This document shows positions 42,623 to 51,510 of a DNA stretch of 64,000 nt, in pieces (the first letter of the stretch is position 1; each line of letters starts with the position of its first letter). A program made the translations under genes and the position numbers. The stretch is from assembly GCA_043808175.1 (NCBI GenBank), contig JAZDFE010000004.1:21-64020 (forward strand), given 5' to 3'. This stretch comes from Candidatus Omnitrophota bacterium (GTDB taxonomy: Bacteria; Omnitrophota; Omnitrophia; Omnitrophales; Aquincolibacteriaceae). The notes under the pieces are model-generated. The model searched no databases. It saw only the letters and a program-made list of their open reading frames with translations, and was not told where the DNA came from.

Positions 42623-43528
42623 CTAAAGCTCGCCTTCTTTTTTCTTGGCGGTCTTCTTGGCTTTTGGTTTTACTTCGTCCGTCGCCACCACGCCGGCCAA
42701 GATCTTCGGATCCAGCTTCTCTTCGATGACATCTTCATCGATCACCGTCTCTGCCTCCACGGCTTCTTCCGCGGCCTCTTCCGCGGCGAGTTCTGCTTGG
42801 AGCGCATCCGCTTTATCCTGAGCGATCTTCTGGAATTCCTTGCGACCTTCCGCAACTGCACCTGAAACCGCTTCGCAGAAAAGCTTGATCGCCTTGATCG
42901 CGTCATCATTGCCGGGCAGGGGATATTCGATATTGTCCGGGTTGCCATTCGTGTCCAGCACGGCCACAACGGGGATCCCGAGTCTTGTCGCTTCCGCGAT
43001 CGAGATCTTTTCCAGTTCCGCGTCGATCACAAAAACGGCCCCGGGGACCTTCCGCATCTCGCGGATCCCCGAAAGATTCTTGATGAGCTTTTCGCGTTCC
43101 TTCTTGAGAGAGCCGGTTTCTTTTTTCGTGATGAACTGAAAGCTGCCGTCCTGCTCCATCTTGTCGATCGCATCGAGTTTTTTGATGGACTTGCGGATCG
43201 TCTCAAAATTGGTGAGCATCCCGCCGAGCCATCGCTGGTTCACGTACGGCATCCCGCACGCCACCGCGGCGTCTTTGAGAGGGATCTGCGCCTGTTTCTT
43301 GGTGCCGACAAAGAGGACATCTTTGCCTTCCGCGGCAACCTGCTTGAGGAACAGAAGGGCTTTCTCGAGGCAACCGAGGGTCAGCTCAAGATTGATGATA
43401 TAAATACCATTGCGTTCCCCGAAGATGTACTTTTTCATCTTGGGGTTCCAACGCGCTGTTTGATGTCCGAAATGGACACCGGCTTCAAGTAACTGCTTGA
43501 TAGTGATAGGGGACAAAACTTCCTCCAT
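42623..43528 (-). CDS. rpsB: 30S ribosomal protein S2 with an acidic/lysine-rich C-terminal extension
   Basis: ITIKQLLEAGVHFGHQTARWNPKM. The true start is M43 of the track ORF (ATG 43528); the upstream 42 codons lie in the leader. Confidence 0.9.
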   Translation of the reverse strand: MEEVLSPITIKQLLEAGVHFGHQTARWNPKMKKYIFGERNGIYIINLELTLGCLEKALLFLKQVAAEGKDVLFVGTKKQAQIPLKDAAVACGMPYVNQRWLGGMLTNFETIRKSIKKLDAIDKMEQDGSFQFITKKETGSLKKEREKLIKNLSGIREMRKVPGAVFVIDAELEKISIAEATRLGIPVVAVLDTNGNPDNIEYPLPGNDDAIKAIKLFCEAVSGAVAEGRKEFQKIAQDKADALQAELAAEEAAEEAVEAETVIDEDVIEEKLDPKILAGVVATDEVKPKAKKTAKKKEGEL

Positions 43529-43720
43529 GGGTGTTGAAACGAAACATGACGAAATAATCGCACTTGAGCCCCGGAAAATTCCAGAGGGGTCAGTATTGTC
43601 ACCCTCCCTTTCCCTTCGGCTCGGAGGGTTCGTCATTTTCCAACCTGCGGACAAAAAAACGAAGACCTGACGTCGCCCGAAAGCGCTCCAAGTACTGATG
43701 GTCTTTAAAGTTGGCGCGTT

Positions 43721-43748
43721 ATTATACAGAAAACGGCTTTAGCGACAA
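43721..43748 (-). promoter_or_regulatory. Candidate promoter of the rpsB-tsf-pyrH-frr operon
   Basis: The minus strand reads TTGTCG (43748..43743), a 16-nt spacer, then TATAAT (43726..43721). This implies a leader of about 190 nt containing the stem ACCCTCC...GGAGGGT. Confidence 0.45.
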
Positions 43749-43804
43749 GGCTTTTTTTGAAAGAGACCTTTGTTAGACAAGGAACCGGACGATGCTCGTC
43801 TCTT

Positions 43805-43867
43805 GGGACTAAGGACTCGCTTGCCTCCTGGGTTGTTCGAGTCCCGAGGTGCGAGGAATGAGTCCCT
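43805..43867. repeat. GAGTCCC-unit repeat element, copy 2 (inverted arrangement forming a long imperfect hairpin)
   Basis: GGGACTAAGGACTCG (43805-43819) is the reverse complement of CGAGTCCTTAGTCCC (compare copy 1, CGAGTCCCTAGTCCC). It is followed by CGAGTCCCGAGG (43838-43849) and GAGTCCCT (43860-43867). GGACTCG/CGAGTCC forms a 7-bp stem. The element lies just 3' of the aspA-like gene. Confidence 0.6.
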
Positions 43868-43875
43868 GGCGCGGG

Positions 43876-45273
43876 CTATTTCGACGGTCGTGTCAGATTT
43901 TCGGGAGAGAGGATACAGGCAAGTTCTTTTTCACTTAAAAGTCCTTTGGAGAGAACGACTTGCCGCAGGGTCTGCTTCTTCTTGAGGGCCTCCTTGACGC
44001 ACTCCGCGGCCTTGGAATAGCCGATGTAAGGATTCAAAGCCGCCGCGATCCCAAAGCTATTTTCCGCGTACTGCCGGCATTTTTCACGATCCGCCCGGAT
44101 TCCTTCAACGCAACGTGTTTTCAGGATCTTGAGGGTATTCTTAAGGATCTCGAAGGACTGCAGAAGATTATGGATGATCACAGGGCGCATGACGTTCAGT
44201 TCACATTCCCCGCTCGCCGCAGCGAACGCGATCGCCGTGTCGTTCCCGATCACCTGAAAACCTACCTGGGCAGCCACCTCCGGGATCACGGGATTCACTT
44301 TACCGGGCATGATCGATGACCCGGGTTGAAGCGCCGGCAAACGGATCTCACCCAACCCCGTATTCGGACCTGAGCTCAGAAGACGGAGATCGTTGGCGAT
44401 CTGAATCATCGAAAGAGAATAATCCCGGAGCGCACCGGACACCGCTGCGAAATCCGCGTCATTTTGCATTATCGCAAATAAGTTCCGCGCGCACTTGACC
44501 GGAAACCCCGTCAGTTTTTTCAGGTTCCGGACGACCGTTTTTGTGTACCGGAGCGACGTATTGAGTCCCGTCCCGACCGCCGAACCGCCGATCCCAAGTT
44601 CCAAAAGTCCCCGGGTCAAAAGTTCCAGGCGCTGTCTTCCCTTTTGCAGTTGAACGGCCCAACCCGAGAATTCCTGGCCCAACGTGACGGGCGCGGCGTC
44701 CTGGAGATGCGTGCGCCCGGACTTAACGATCTTGTGAAATTCCCGGGCTTTCTTCAAGAAAGATTTCTCAAGCGCCTGCGAAACAAGGCGGAATTCCCCC
44801 GAGAGCTTCAGCGTTGCCAGACGGAGTGCCGTGGGGATCACATCATTGGTGGATTGACCCATGTTCACGTGATCATGAGAATGAAGATGGGCGTGATCGC
44901 CTTTTTCCCGGCCCAGGATCTCAAGTGCTCGGTTCGTGATGACTTCATTTGCGTTCATATGGATCGAGACCCCGGCTCCGGACTGCAACGCGTCGGTCAC
45001 GAATTCGCCGTTATGAATTCCCGCCATGACTTCATTGCAGGCTTTGACAATGGCCCCTGCGCGCCGGCTATCCAAGCGTCCAAGCGAACGATTCGAAAGA
45101 GCGCACGCCTTTTTAATCACAGCGAGCGCCCAAATAAAATCAGGATGGAACCCAAGACCCGAGACCGGAAAATTCTCAACTGCGCGCACCGTTTCAATGC
45201 CGTAATAAGCCGCCGCGGGAACAGGTTTTGTCCCGAGGGAATCTTTCTCGATACGCGTCTTCTGATTTTTCAT
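43876..45273 (-). CDS. aspA: Aspartate ammonia-lyase (fumarase/aspartase superfamily)
   Basis: The GSSIMPGKVNPVIPE signature (the VIPE variant points to aspartase rather than FumC) and an N-terminal RIEKDSLGTKPVPAAAYYGIETVRAVENF lacking the FumC GAQT motif. The likely start is M12 (ATG 45273). Confidence 0.75.
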   Translation of the reverse strand: MKNQKTRIEKDSLGTKPVPAAAYYGIETVRAVENFPVSGLGFHPDFIWALAVIKKACALSNRSLGRLDSRRAGAIVKACNEVMAGIHNGEFVTDALQSGAGVSIHMNANEVITNRALEILGREKGDHAHLHSHDHVNMGQSTNDVIPTALRLATLKLSGEFRLVSQALEKSFLKKAREFHKIVKSGRTHLQDAAPVTLGQEFSGWAVQLQKGRQRLELLTRGLLELGIGGSAVGTGLNTSLRYTKTVVRNLKKLTGFPVKCARNLFAIMQNDADFAAVSGALRDYSLSMIQIANDLRLLSSGPNTGLGEIRLPALQPGSSIMPGKVNPVIPEVAAQVGFQVIGNDTAIAFAAASGECELNVMRPVIIHNLLQSFEILKNTLKILKTRCVEGIRADREKCRQYAENSFGIAAALNPYIGYSKAAECVKEALKKKQTLRQVVLSKGLLSEKELACILSPENLTRPSK

Positions 45274-45354
45274 GCTAAAGCTCCTGTCGTAACACCCGAT
45301 TGTCATTAATTTTTCTATTTGGAAATCAGTGCTGTCCTGGTTTTTAATTATGTT

Positions 45355-45807
45355 TCACTTTGAAACCAGGACGTTTTGGCCGTCGTAATGCTGACTGATC
45401 GCGATAGTGACCGCGTCAGGCGTGCAAAGCACCGCTTTGATATTGGAAACCTTGGCAAGCGCTGCGATCTCAGCATTCGGCAATGCCGCGCGCGGGTCGC
45501 TCGTCCCGATCACCAGGATATCTTCCTGTATTTCGATCGGAACAAATCTGTATTTGACCGCCACGCTTTTTGGAACTCGCTCGATCGCGCGGGGATCGAT
45601 GAACACGTGCGACAGGTCCACAAAGGGCATCGCGTGTCTTTCCGCCAGCGCTTTAAAAAACAGGAATTTCGGAATGTATTGTTTCCGGGTCAGCACTTCC
45701 CCCACGAACTCATGGGTCCGTTTCTGTTCGTTCAAAGCGTCTTCGAGCTGTTCCCAATTGATCAGCTTTTTCCGGATCAATATCTCTCCGATGTGCCATT
45801 GTTCCAT
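45355..45807 (-). CDS. Stand-alone T2SSE_N / MshEN-like domain protein (150 aa)
   Basis: HIGEILIRKKLINWEQLEDALNEQ fits the 24-residue MshEN c-di-GMP-binding motif RLGxx(L/V/I)(L/V/I)xxG(L/V/I)(L/V/I)xxxxLxxxLxxQ at all but two positions (R to H, G to K). The remainder follows the GspE N-terminal pattern (MPFVDL..., VPIEIQEDILVIGTSDP). Confidence 0.65.
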   Translation of the reverse strand: MEQWHIGEILIRKKLINWEQLEDALNEQKRTHEFVGEVLTRKQYIPKFLFFKALAERHAMPFVDLSHVFIDPRAIERVPKSVAVKYRFVPIEIQEDILVIGTSDPRAALPNAEIAALAKVSNIKAVLCTPDAVTIAISQHYDGQNVLVSK

Positions 45808-45829
45808 AAGAAATGCCTATTTTACGGGA

Positions 45830-46717
45830 TCATTCCGTACGCGCAAGATGAAGATTGGTAAAGATCTGACGGGTCGCAAGCGATTGGTTCAAGGTGTAAA
45901 AATGAAGCCCGGGTGCGCCGCTGCCGAGGAGTTCCTCGCATTGGCGCGTGGCATATTCGATCCCGAATTTCGTGATCGAGGCCTGATCTTCCCCGAACCG
46001 TGTGATCGCTTCATGGATCGTCCCGGGGATCTCCGCTCCGCACATCTGCGAAAATTTCTCGATCTGGGGACCGTGCGTGACCGGCATGATCCCCGGAACG
46101 ATCGGGACCTTGATGCCGATCTTGCGAGCGCGATCCACAAAATCAAAATAGTGACGGTTATCAAAAAAAAGCTGCGTCACTACCGCGTCCGCGCCCTCAT
46201 CGACTTTCCGCTTGAGGTGTTCGAGATCTTTCTGTTTATCTTTGCACTCCGGATGACCTTCCGGATAACCGGCTACGCTTAGATCGAACGCATGCCCGAG
46301 CCGGAGATGCCGGCGGATGAACCGCACGAGCTCTGTCGCATAGCGAAAACCGTCTGGCGGAGCCTTGAACTGCGTCTCGCCCTGAGGGGGATCGCCCCGG
46401 AGTGCAACGATGTTCTCAATGCCTTTTGCGCGGAGCATCGTAAGGATCTTTTCGATCTCTCCCCGGCTGTGAGCCACGCAAGTCAAATGGGCGGCCACTT
46501 CGAGGCCGATCTTGTATTTGATCTCTTCCACAATACGCAGGGTATTTGCCTGCGTATTCCCCATCGCCCCGTAGGTCACCGACACAAAGGAGGGCGCGAG
46601 CTTCTTGAGGTCCGTCACGGTCTGAAAAAGCCTCGCTTCCCCTTCCGCGGTCTTGGGCGGAAAGAATTCGAATGAGATCGTGTATTTCTTTTTTCTGTAA
46701 CATTCGGATATTTTCAT
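45830..46717 (-). CDS. metF: Methylenetetrahydrofolate reductase
   Basis: ISFEFFPPKT..., VSVTYGA, LRGDPP, TQLFFD: a full MetF pattern; 295 aa. Confidence 0.9.
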   Translation of the reverse strand: MKISECYRKKKYTISFEFFPPKTAEGEARLFQTVTDLKKLAPSFVSVTYGAMGNTQANTLRIVEEIKYKIGLEVAAHLTCVAHSRGEIEKILTMLRAKGIENIVALRGDPPQGETQFKAPPDGFRYATELVRFIRRHLRLGHAFDLSVAGYPEGHPECKDKQKDLEHLKRKVDEGADAVVTQLFFDNRHYFDFVDRARKIGIKVPIVPGIMPVTHGPQIEKFSQMCGAEIPGTIHEAITRFGEDQASITKFGIEYATRQCEELLGSGAPGLHFYTLNQSLATRQIFTNLHLARTE

Positions 46718-46935
46718 AAGGGATTTCCTAGATTCTACTTCAAAAAGCCCGATATTCTCAGAAAATTCTTGAAGAGAACTTCGGAACTTTGTTCTAATTC
46801 CAGGCGCACAGCCGAAAAATCCAGGCGAAGCTTCACGGCATTCACTTAACGAAAAAGTCCGGCCGCTTCATGCGTCTTATTTTTAACGAACCATATTTTA
46901 GCGGTCATGTTTTTACCGGAGATTGGAGGGAGGCA

Positions 46936-47307
46936 CTACGATTTTTTATTCAAAACCTCTTTCACCTTTTCAAGAAGCTCTTCCGGAGAGAAGGGCTTAA
47001 AAAGGCAGTCCGCAGCTCCTCGCATCCGAGCCTCCCCGACTTTCACTTTTTTAACGTCAGCCGTGAACATGAGCACCGGAATATGATTCGTGAGCGGATC
47101 TTTTTTAAAATGGTCGAGCACTTCCCCCCCATCCATCCCGGGCATCACCTGGTCCAGAAGAATAAGGTCGGGCATTTCCTCTTTCGCCTTTTTCAGTCCC
47201 CGTTCCCCCGAGGAAGCCGTGATCACAGCATAACCATTCGCTTTGAGCCGGTTGGACGAAAGCAAAAGGATCTGAGGTTCATCATCGATGATCAGTATTT
47301 TTTTCAT
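46936..47307 (-). CDS. Single-domain response regulator (receiver)
   Basis: MKKILIIDDEPQILLL...DLILLDQVMPGMDGGEV...VLMFTA...KP. The start was chosen at M32 of the track ORF to remove the overlap with the kinase gene. Confidence 0.85.
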   Translation of the reverse strand: MKKILIIDDEPQILLLSSNRLKANGYAVITASSGERGLKKAKEEMPDLILLDQVMPGMDGGEVLDHFKKDPLTNHIPVLMFTADVKKVKVGEARMRGAADCLFKPFSPEELLEKVKEVLNKKS

Positions 47308-47329
47308 CTTAAACCTCCGGACCCTCGTA

Positions 47330-48883
47330 TCATGAGTAGATCCTGTCCAGGATCTCTTCCAGGGTCTTTGCTTCCTGGGGAAAACAAACCACATTGCCAT
47401 GGACCTCGATCCCGACTGTTTTTTGCTCCCGGGCCAGATGATCTTCGAGGATTTGGGAAATGCGTCCTAGCGCAATGAACGCGCTTTCCCGAGAAGTCTC
47501 CGGCAAAAGGACCATGATCGCTTTCGCGTCCTTGACCGCAACGTCGACCACGCGCCGGAGAGCGTCGTTGATGATCTTTTCCATTTTAAGAACGATCCGC
47601 TCCACGTACCGCACGCCCAATTTTTTTTCGAGCGCTTCGAAATCCAAAATGTCGAAAATAATGACCGACAGAGGGCTCTCCTTCCCCTCGCAACGGCCCA
47701 TGGCCTCACGGATCGCGGATTTAAAGTACTCCCGGTGGTTATATTGGGGCAATACAAAGGTTGCCGTCGTCCCCTTCGCCGGAGCGCTTTCGATCTTGAT
47801 GCGTCCGTGATGAAGCTCGATCAGTTGCTTGCAAATAGAAAGCCCGAGACCCGTCCCGCGATCGCCGGGCCCTGCCATGCGCCCAAACTGACTGAAATTT
47901 TGGAAGGCATGGGGCAGGTCTTTGGCGGCGATCCCCTTCCCCGTGTCCGAAACTTTGCATTCCACAAAACCTTCCCGGACCCGGAGATGGATCTTGATGT
48001 GCCCCTTGTCCGTGAACTTCAACGCGTTATGGATCAAATGGTTCAAAACCTGGACGATCTTGTCGCGATCGATATAGATCTCGATCGTTCCGGGCATGAA
48101 GTCCGTAAAGATCTCGAGTTTTTTCCGTTGCGCGATGGGCTTGAAATTTTCCGCCACTTCCTGGGCCACTTCGACCAGATCACAACGTCTTCGATGAAGA
48201 TTGACCTGGCCCGCCTCCAACCTTGAAACATCCAAAAGTTCCTCGATAATCCGACCTAAACGGTCTGAGTTCTGCAACACCATATCCAGAAAAGCTTTTT
48301 GATTGTCCGGCACCGGCCCCAAAAGCTCGTCCCGGATCTGGGAGACGCCTTCACGAATGACGGTAAGAGGCGTTCTGAGTTCATGGGAAACGGTGCTGAT
48401 GAATTCCCCTTTTAACTGATCATAATGTTTATACCGGGTCACATCATGAAAAACACCAGAAAGAGCGAAGGGTCTGCTTCTATGCAAAATCCGGGTCACA
48501 GCACCTTCCACTTTGAGCTCTTTTCCGCTTTTTCCGATGAACGTCGCCTGAAATTTCCGGGGCTTACCGTCTCTCAGGACCGCGAGAAAAACATCTTCGG
48601 CTTCCTTCTTGTCTTTAGGGTGGATGATATTGAAGACCGTAAGCTGCGGAATGTCCTTTTCGTTATATCCGAGCGCCTGGTGCCAGGCGGGGTTGGCGTC
48701 CAGGAGCGCCCCCTCGACCTTGAACACCTGGATCATATCGCTCGTCAACCGGCAGAAGCCATGACATTCCTTTTCCCCGAACGGCTTGCCGTAGGGCTCC
48801 GACGACCGGCGAGAGAATGCGGTCTTTTTCTTGGAATGAGGCTGTCTTGGGGAGTGTTTTTTCATCGTTGGGTTTATCGTCAT
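47330..48883 (-). CDS. Soluble PAS-histidine kinase with a C-terminal degenerate GGDEF-like domain
   Basis: PAS (LDANPAWHQALGYNEKD...), H-box FISTVSHELRTPLTVI, and HATPase (DTGKGIAAKDL, GTGLGLSICKQLIELHHGRIKIES). About 150 aa then parallel the GGDEF fold (LSVIIFDILDFEALEKKLG...MVLLPETSRESA...), with DAKAI where GGDEF or GGEEF would be. The start was chosen at M74 (48883) to avoid overlap. Confidence 0.75.
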   Translation of the reverse strand: MTINPTMKKHSPRQPHSKKKTAFSRRSSEPYGKPFGEKECHGFCRLTSDMIQVFKVEGALLDANPAWHQALGYNEKDIPQLTVFNIIHPKDKKEAEDVFLAVLRDGKPRKFQATFIGKSGKELKVEGAVTRILHRSRPFALSGVFHDVTRYKHYDQLKGEFISTVSHELRTPLTVIREGVSQIRDELLGPVPDNQKAFLDMVLQNSDRLGRIIEELLDVSRLEAGQVNLHRRRCDLVEVAQEVAENFKPIAQRKKLEIFTDFMPGTIEIYIDRDKIVQVLNHLIHNALKFTDKGHIKIHLRVREGFVECKVSDTGKGIAAKDLPHAFQNFSQFGRMAGPGDRGTGLGLSICKQLIELHHGRIKIESAPAKGTTATFVLPQYNHREYFKSAIREAMGRCEGKESPLSVIIFDILDFEALEKKLGVRYVERIVLKMEKIINDALRRVVDVAVKDAKAIMVLLPETSRESAFIALGRISQILEDHLAREQKTVGIEVHGNVVCFPQEAKTLEEILDRIYS

Positions 48884-49005
48884 TTCTGGAAAAGTCCTAC
48901 AGCGAAATTTGTCGGTAAAAACCTCACGCTGTGCCCGTTCTGATTTTAACGATTCGAAGTGCTCCAGGCGTCTTCCGTTGAAATAAATTCCATACCAACG
49001 CTTGA

Positions 49006-50250
49006 CTAGATGGTCTTGGGCTCCGGGAGCGGAATGATGAACTTGACGCCGCGGGCGCGAAGTGGTTCGATCTTTGAAATGATCTCCTTGGCAAAATTCC
49101 ATGCAAAGATCAAAACGTAGTCTGTGGGATGCTCGCCCAGATGTGCGCTTGTCACAATGGGGATCTTCCGGCCCGGAATCAGACGATCCTGTTTGAGGGG
49201 ATTATCATCGACGATATAATCGATCTCGCGCGGCGTCAGCTCGCAGAAATTGATGATCGTGGAGGCTTTAGCCGGTGCACCATATCCGGAGATCGTCTTC
49301 CCCTGTTTCTTGAGAGCCGCGACCATCCCGCTGAGTTTTTCCTTAAAGCTCATCACCCGGGAAGCAAAATCCTGATAAGTCTTCGCATCAAGACAACCTT
49401 TTCCCTTTTCCTCGCGAAGGAACCGGTCCACGATCGCCGTCCGCCGGTAAGGGCCTTCTTTTTTTTGCATAAAGACTCTTAAAGATCCGCCGTGGGTGCC
49501 CGTCTCGGTGATATCGAAGATCTCCATTCCAAAACGCTCCATAAGGAACCCGAGCGCGGTGATCCCGATATAACAGACATGCTCGTGATAGATCATGTCA
49601 AAGAACATCTTTTCGAGCATGGTCACGAGATAGGCAAATTCGATCACAAAAAAACCGTCGTCTGAAAGAAGTTCCCGGACGTTCCGGACCACGGACTGGA
49701 TGTCATCGATATGGGCGAACACATTATTGGCGCTGATGGCGTCCGCTTTGCCGTATTTCGCTACGATCTCACGCACGGTCTCTTCATCGAAATAACGGTT
49801 GAGCGTTGTGACGCCACGTTTGTTCGCGTCTGCAGCGAGGTTTTTGGCGGGCTCCACCCCGACCCCTCGCATCCCCGCCTTTTCATAACAGGAAACGAGC
49901 AGGCCATCATTGCTGCCGATGTCCACCACAAGCGGCCTTTCTTTTTTCAACAAACGGTCTTTCACATCCCCGGCGTATTCGGCAAAATGGGTGCGAAAGG
50001 TCTGCGTCGTGGAGCTCACATAAAGGTATTCGTCGAACATCAAATGCGCAGGCACGGAATGCGTCAGCTGCACGAGATGGCATTTCGGGCACTTGACGAC
50101 CGCAAGCGGGCAATGGAATTCGGTCTTGGCGGCATCTTCTTTACGCGGAAGATTGTTCGCAAGCGGCTGGGACCCGAGGTCCAAAAAAGGTCCCCCGAGC
50201 GGGGTATCGCAATAACGGCATGTTTTTCTTCGATGCGGATCGTTTGTCAT
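49006..50250 (-). CDS. NDP-sugar C-methyltransferase-like SAM methyltransferase (TylCIII-type architecture)
   Basis: N-terminal Zn-ribbon CRYCDTPL...CPKCHLVQL, SAM motif I VVDIGSNDG, and a C-terminal C-methyltransferase-type domain; 414 aa. Confidence 0.7.
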   Translation of the reverse strand: MTNDPHRRKTCRYCDTPLGGPFLDLGSQPLANNLPRKEDAAKTEFHCPLAVVKCPKCHLVQLTHSVPAHLMFDEYLYVSSTTQTFRTHFAEYAGDVKDRLLKKERPLVVDIGSNDGLLVSCYEKAGMRGVGVEPAKNLAADANKRGVTTLNRYFDEETVREIVAKYGKADAISANNVFAHIDDIQSVVRNVRELLSDDGFFVIEFAYLVTMLEKMFFDMIYHEHVCYIGITALGFLMERFGMEIFDITETGTHGGSLRVFMQKKEGPYRRTAIVDRFLREEKGKGCLDAKTYQDFASRVMSFKEKLSGMVAALKKQGKTISGYGAPAKASTIINFCELTPREIDYIVDDNPLKQDRLIPGRKIPIVTSAHLGEHPTDYVLIFAWNFAKEIISKIEPLRARGVKFIIPLPEPKTI

Positions 50251-50257
50251 TAACTCC

Positions 50258-50986
50258 TCAGGCCGCAGGCGGCGGGAAAACTCCGGTGATCTTGCTGTGA
50301 CGGATGATGATATGCCCGCCGGAAAGGACCGAGATCTTCCCGTCCGCGATCTGGGCCATCATATCGCTCACGAACTCCGGGGTTTGCTGGCGAACCGCAT
50401 CCTCGGCCCCGAAAAGTTCCCGGCGCATTTCGGTGTTCATGCCGCCCGGACAAACCGTGATGCAGTGAAGCCCCGTTTCCGAATTCTCTTTGGCGATCGC
50501 CTGCGACAACGCAAGCACTCCGAACTTTGCCGCAGAATACGACACAAGACGCGGCACCGCACGAGTCCCCGCCATAGAAGAAACATTCATGATAAGTGCG
50601 TGCGGCTGTTTTTTCATGATCGGGATCGCATATTTACACATCAGGAATGCCGAATCCAAGTTCTGTTTGAAATGTTCCCGGAATTCCTTGAGGGGAACTT
50701 TTTCGACAGGGGCTAGCGGCGCGCAGTAGCCGGCATTGTTGATCAGGATGTCGATGCGACCGGCCCGGCGCTTGATCCCGGCAAGCAGAGCCTTGACCGT
50801 TTTCTCGGAAGTAATGTCGCCGGCGAGTAGTTTGAAATGATCGGAAGGAACTGCCTTTTTCGCGGCAGGCCAAGAGCGACGGGTTCGGCTGATCCCGAAC
50901 ACCGTATCGCCCAGATTCACGAACTTCCTCGCCAAGGCGAGCCCCAGGCCGCGGCTGGCTCCGGTGATGACGATTATTCTAGGCAT
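50258..50986 (-). CDS. Short-chain dehydrogenase/reductase
   Basis: The TGASRGLG cofactor motif and the YSAAK catalytic YxxxK. Confidence 0.85.
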   Translation of the reverse strand: MPRIIVITGASRGLGLALARKFVNLGDTVFGISRTRRSWPAAKKAVPSDHFKLLAGDITSEKTVKALLAGIKRRAGRIDILINNAGYCAPLAPVEKVPLKEFREHFKQNLDSAFLMCKYAIPIMKKQPHALIMNVSSMAGTRAVPRLVSYSAAKFGVLALSQAIAKENSETGLHCITVCPGGMNTEMRRELFGAEDAVRQQTPEFVSDMMAQIADGKISVLSGGHIIIRHSKITGVFPPPAA

Positions 50987-50999
50987 CGTCCTGTCAGAT

Positions 51000-51413
51000 C
51001 TATTTGGTTTTCAACTCTTTGTTGAGATATCCTTCGATCACGGGATAAGCGATCGTATCCTCTTCATATTTCCCCTCTTCACGCTCGCGGGTCGTCAGGG
51101 ACAGGAAAACAGAATCCTCGGTGAACTTTTGGGCGTGGGCCACCAAAGGCGGCGTGCTCACGATATCACCGGCCTTCGCATAAAGCACCTGCTTGTTCGA
51201 GGGATTCTTCACTTCGCACGAATGGCTTTTATAAGCGCCGCTGATCAGATACATGTGCTGAACGTCTTTTTTATGATAATGGTTCGCGCGGACCGACCCT
51301 TTCTTGGAAGTGATATAAGCGACATGACCGGTCGTGCCTTCAAAGACATTGATGATCTCACCGCGAGCGTCCACAAAAGCCGGTTTGATGTGTCTGATCG
51401 TTTCTAATTCCAT
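51000..51413 (-). CDS. Cupin-fold protein of sugar-nucleotide modification type (WxcM/FdtA- or CapF-C-terminal-like)
   Basis: 137 aa with a RANHYHK...H cupin metal/His pattern, sitting between an SDR and an epimerase/dehydratase in a sugar cluster. Confidence 0.5.
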   Translation of the reverse strand: MELETIRHIKPAFVDARGEIINVFEGTTGHVAYITSKKGSVRANHYHKKDVQHMYLISGAYKSHSCEVKNPSNKQVLYAKAGDIVSTPPLVAHAQKFTEDSVFLSLTTREREEGKYEEDTIAYPVIEGYLNKELKTK

Positions 51414-51510
51414 AATGATTCCTTTCTTTGAAATGAATCAGGTAACGTTGAACAGCGAACAAGGCAGTTACTCTTAAGGAACGTTCCCCGTTTTCTGTTC
51501 CCCGGGATTT

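Noticed and set aside
43529-43654. N-terminal extensions offered by the track for rpsB, and likewise for hemH (17450-17503), hemE (19961-20086), the receiver gene (47308-47400), the kinase (48884-49102), the cytochrome b fragment (31063-31251) and the GT-C gene (52630-52752).
   Set aside because: The extensions overlap upstream genes or read through leader or repeat sequence. Internal Met codons coincide with the conserved N-termini of the families.
45407-46282. Plus-strand 291-aa ORF. Similar long alternative-frame ORFs lie at 52797-53543, 36270-36890, 33545-34363, 26325-27185 and 22747-23532.
   Set aside because: All lie antisense to, or out of frame within, strongly supported conserved genes (metF, GT-C transferase, fadB-like, ACAD, hemA, hemL). 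They have Arg/Pro/Ser-rich compositions typical of GC-rich shadow frames.
46718-46935. Possible SAM or THF-type riboswitch upstream of metF.
   Set aside because: I could not find the conserved cores or a convincing multi-helix fold in the 218-nt spacer. It appears to hold only promoter and terminator-type sequence.
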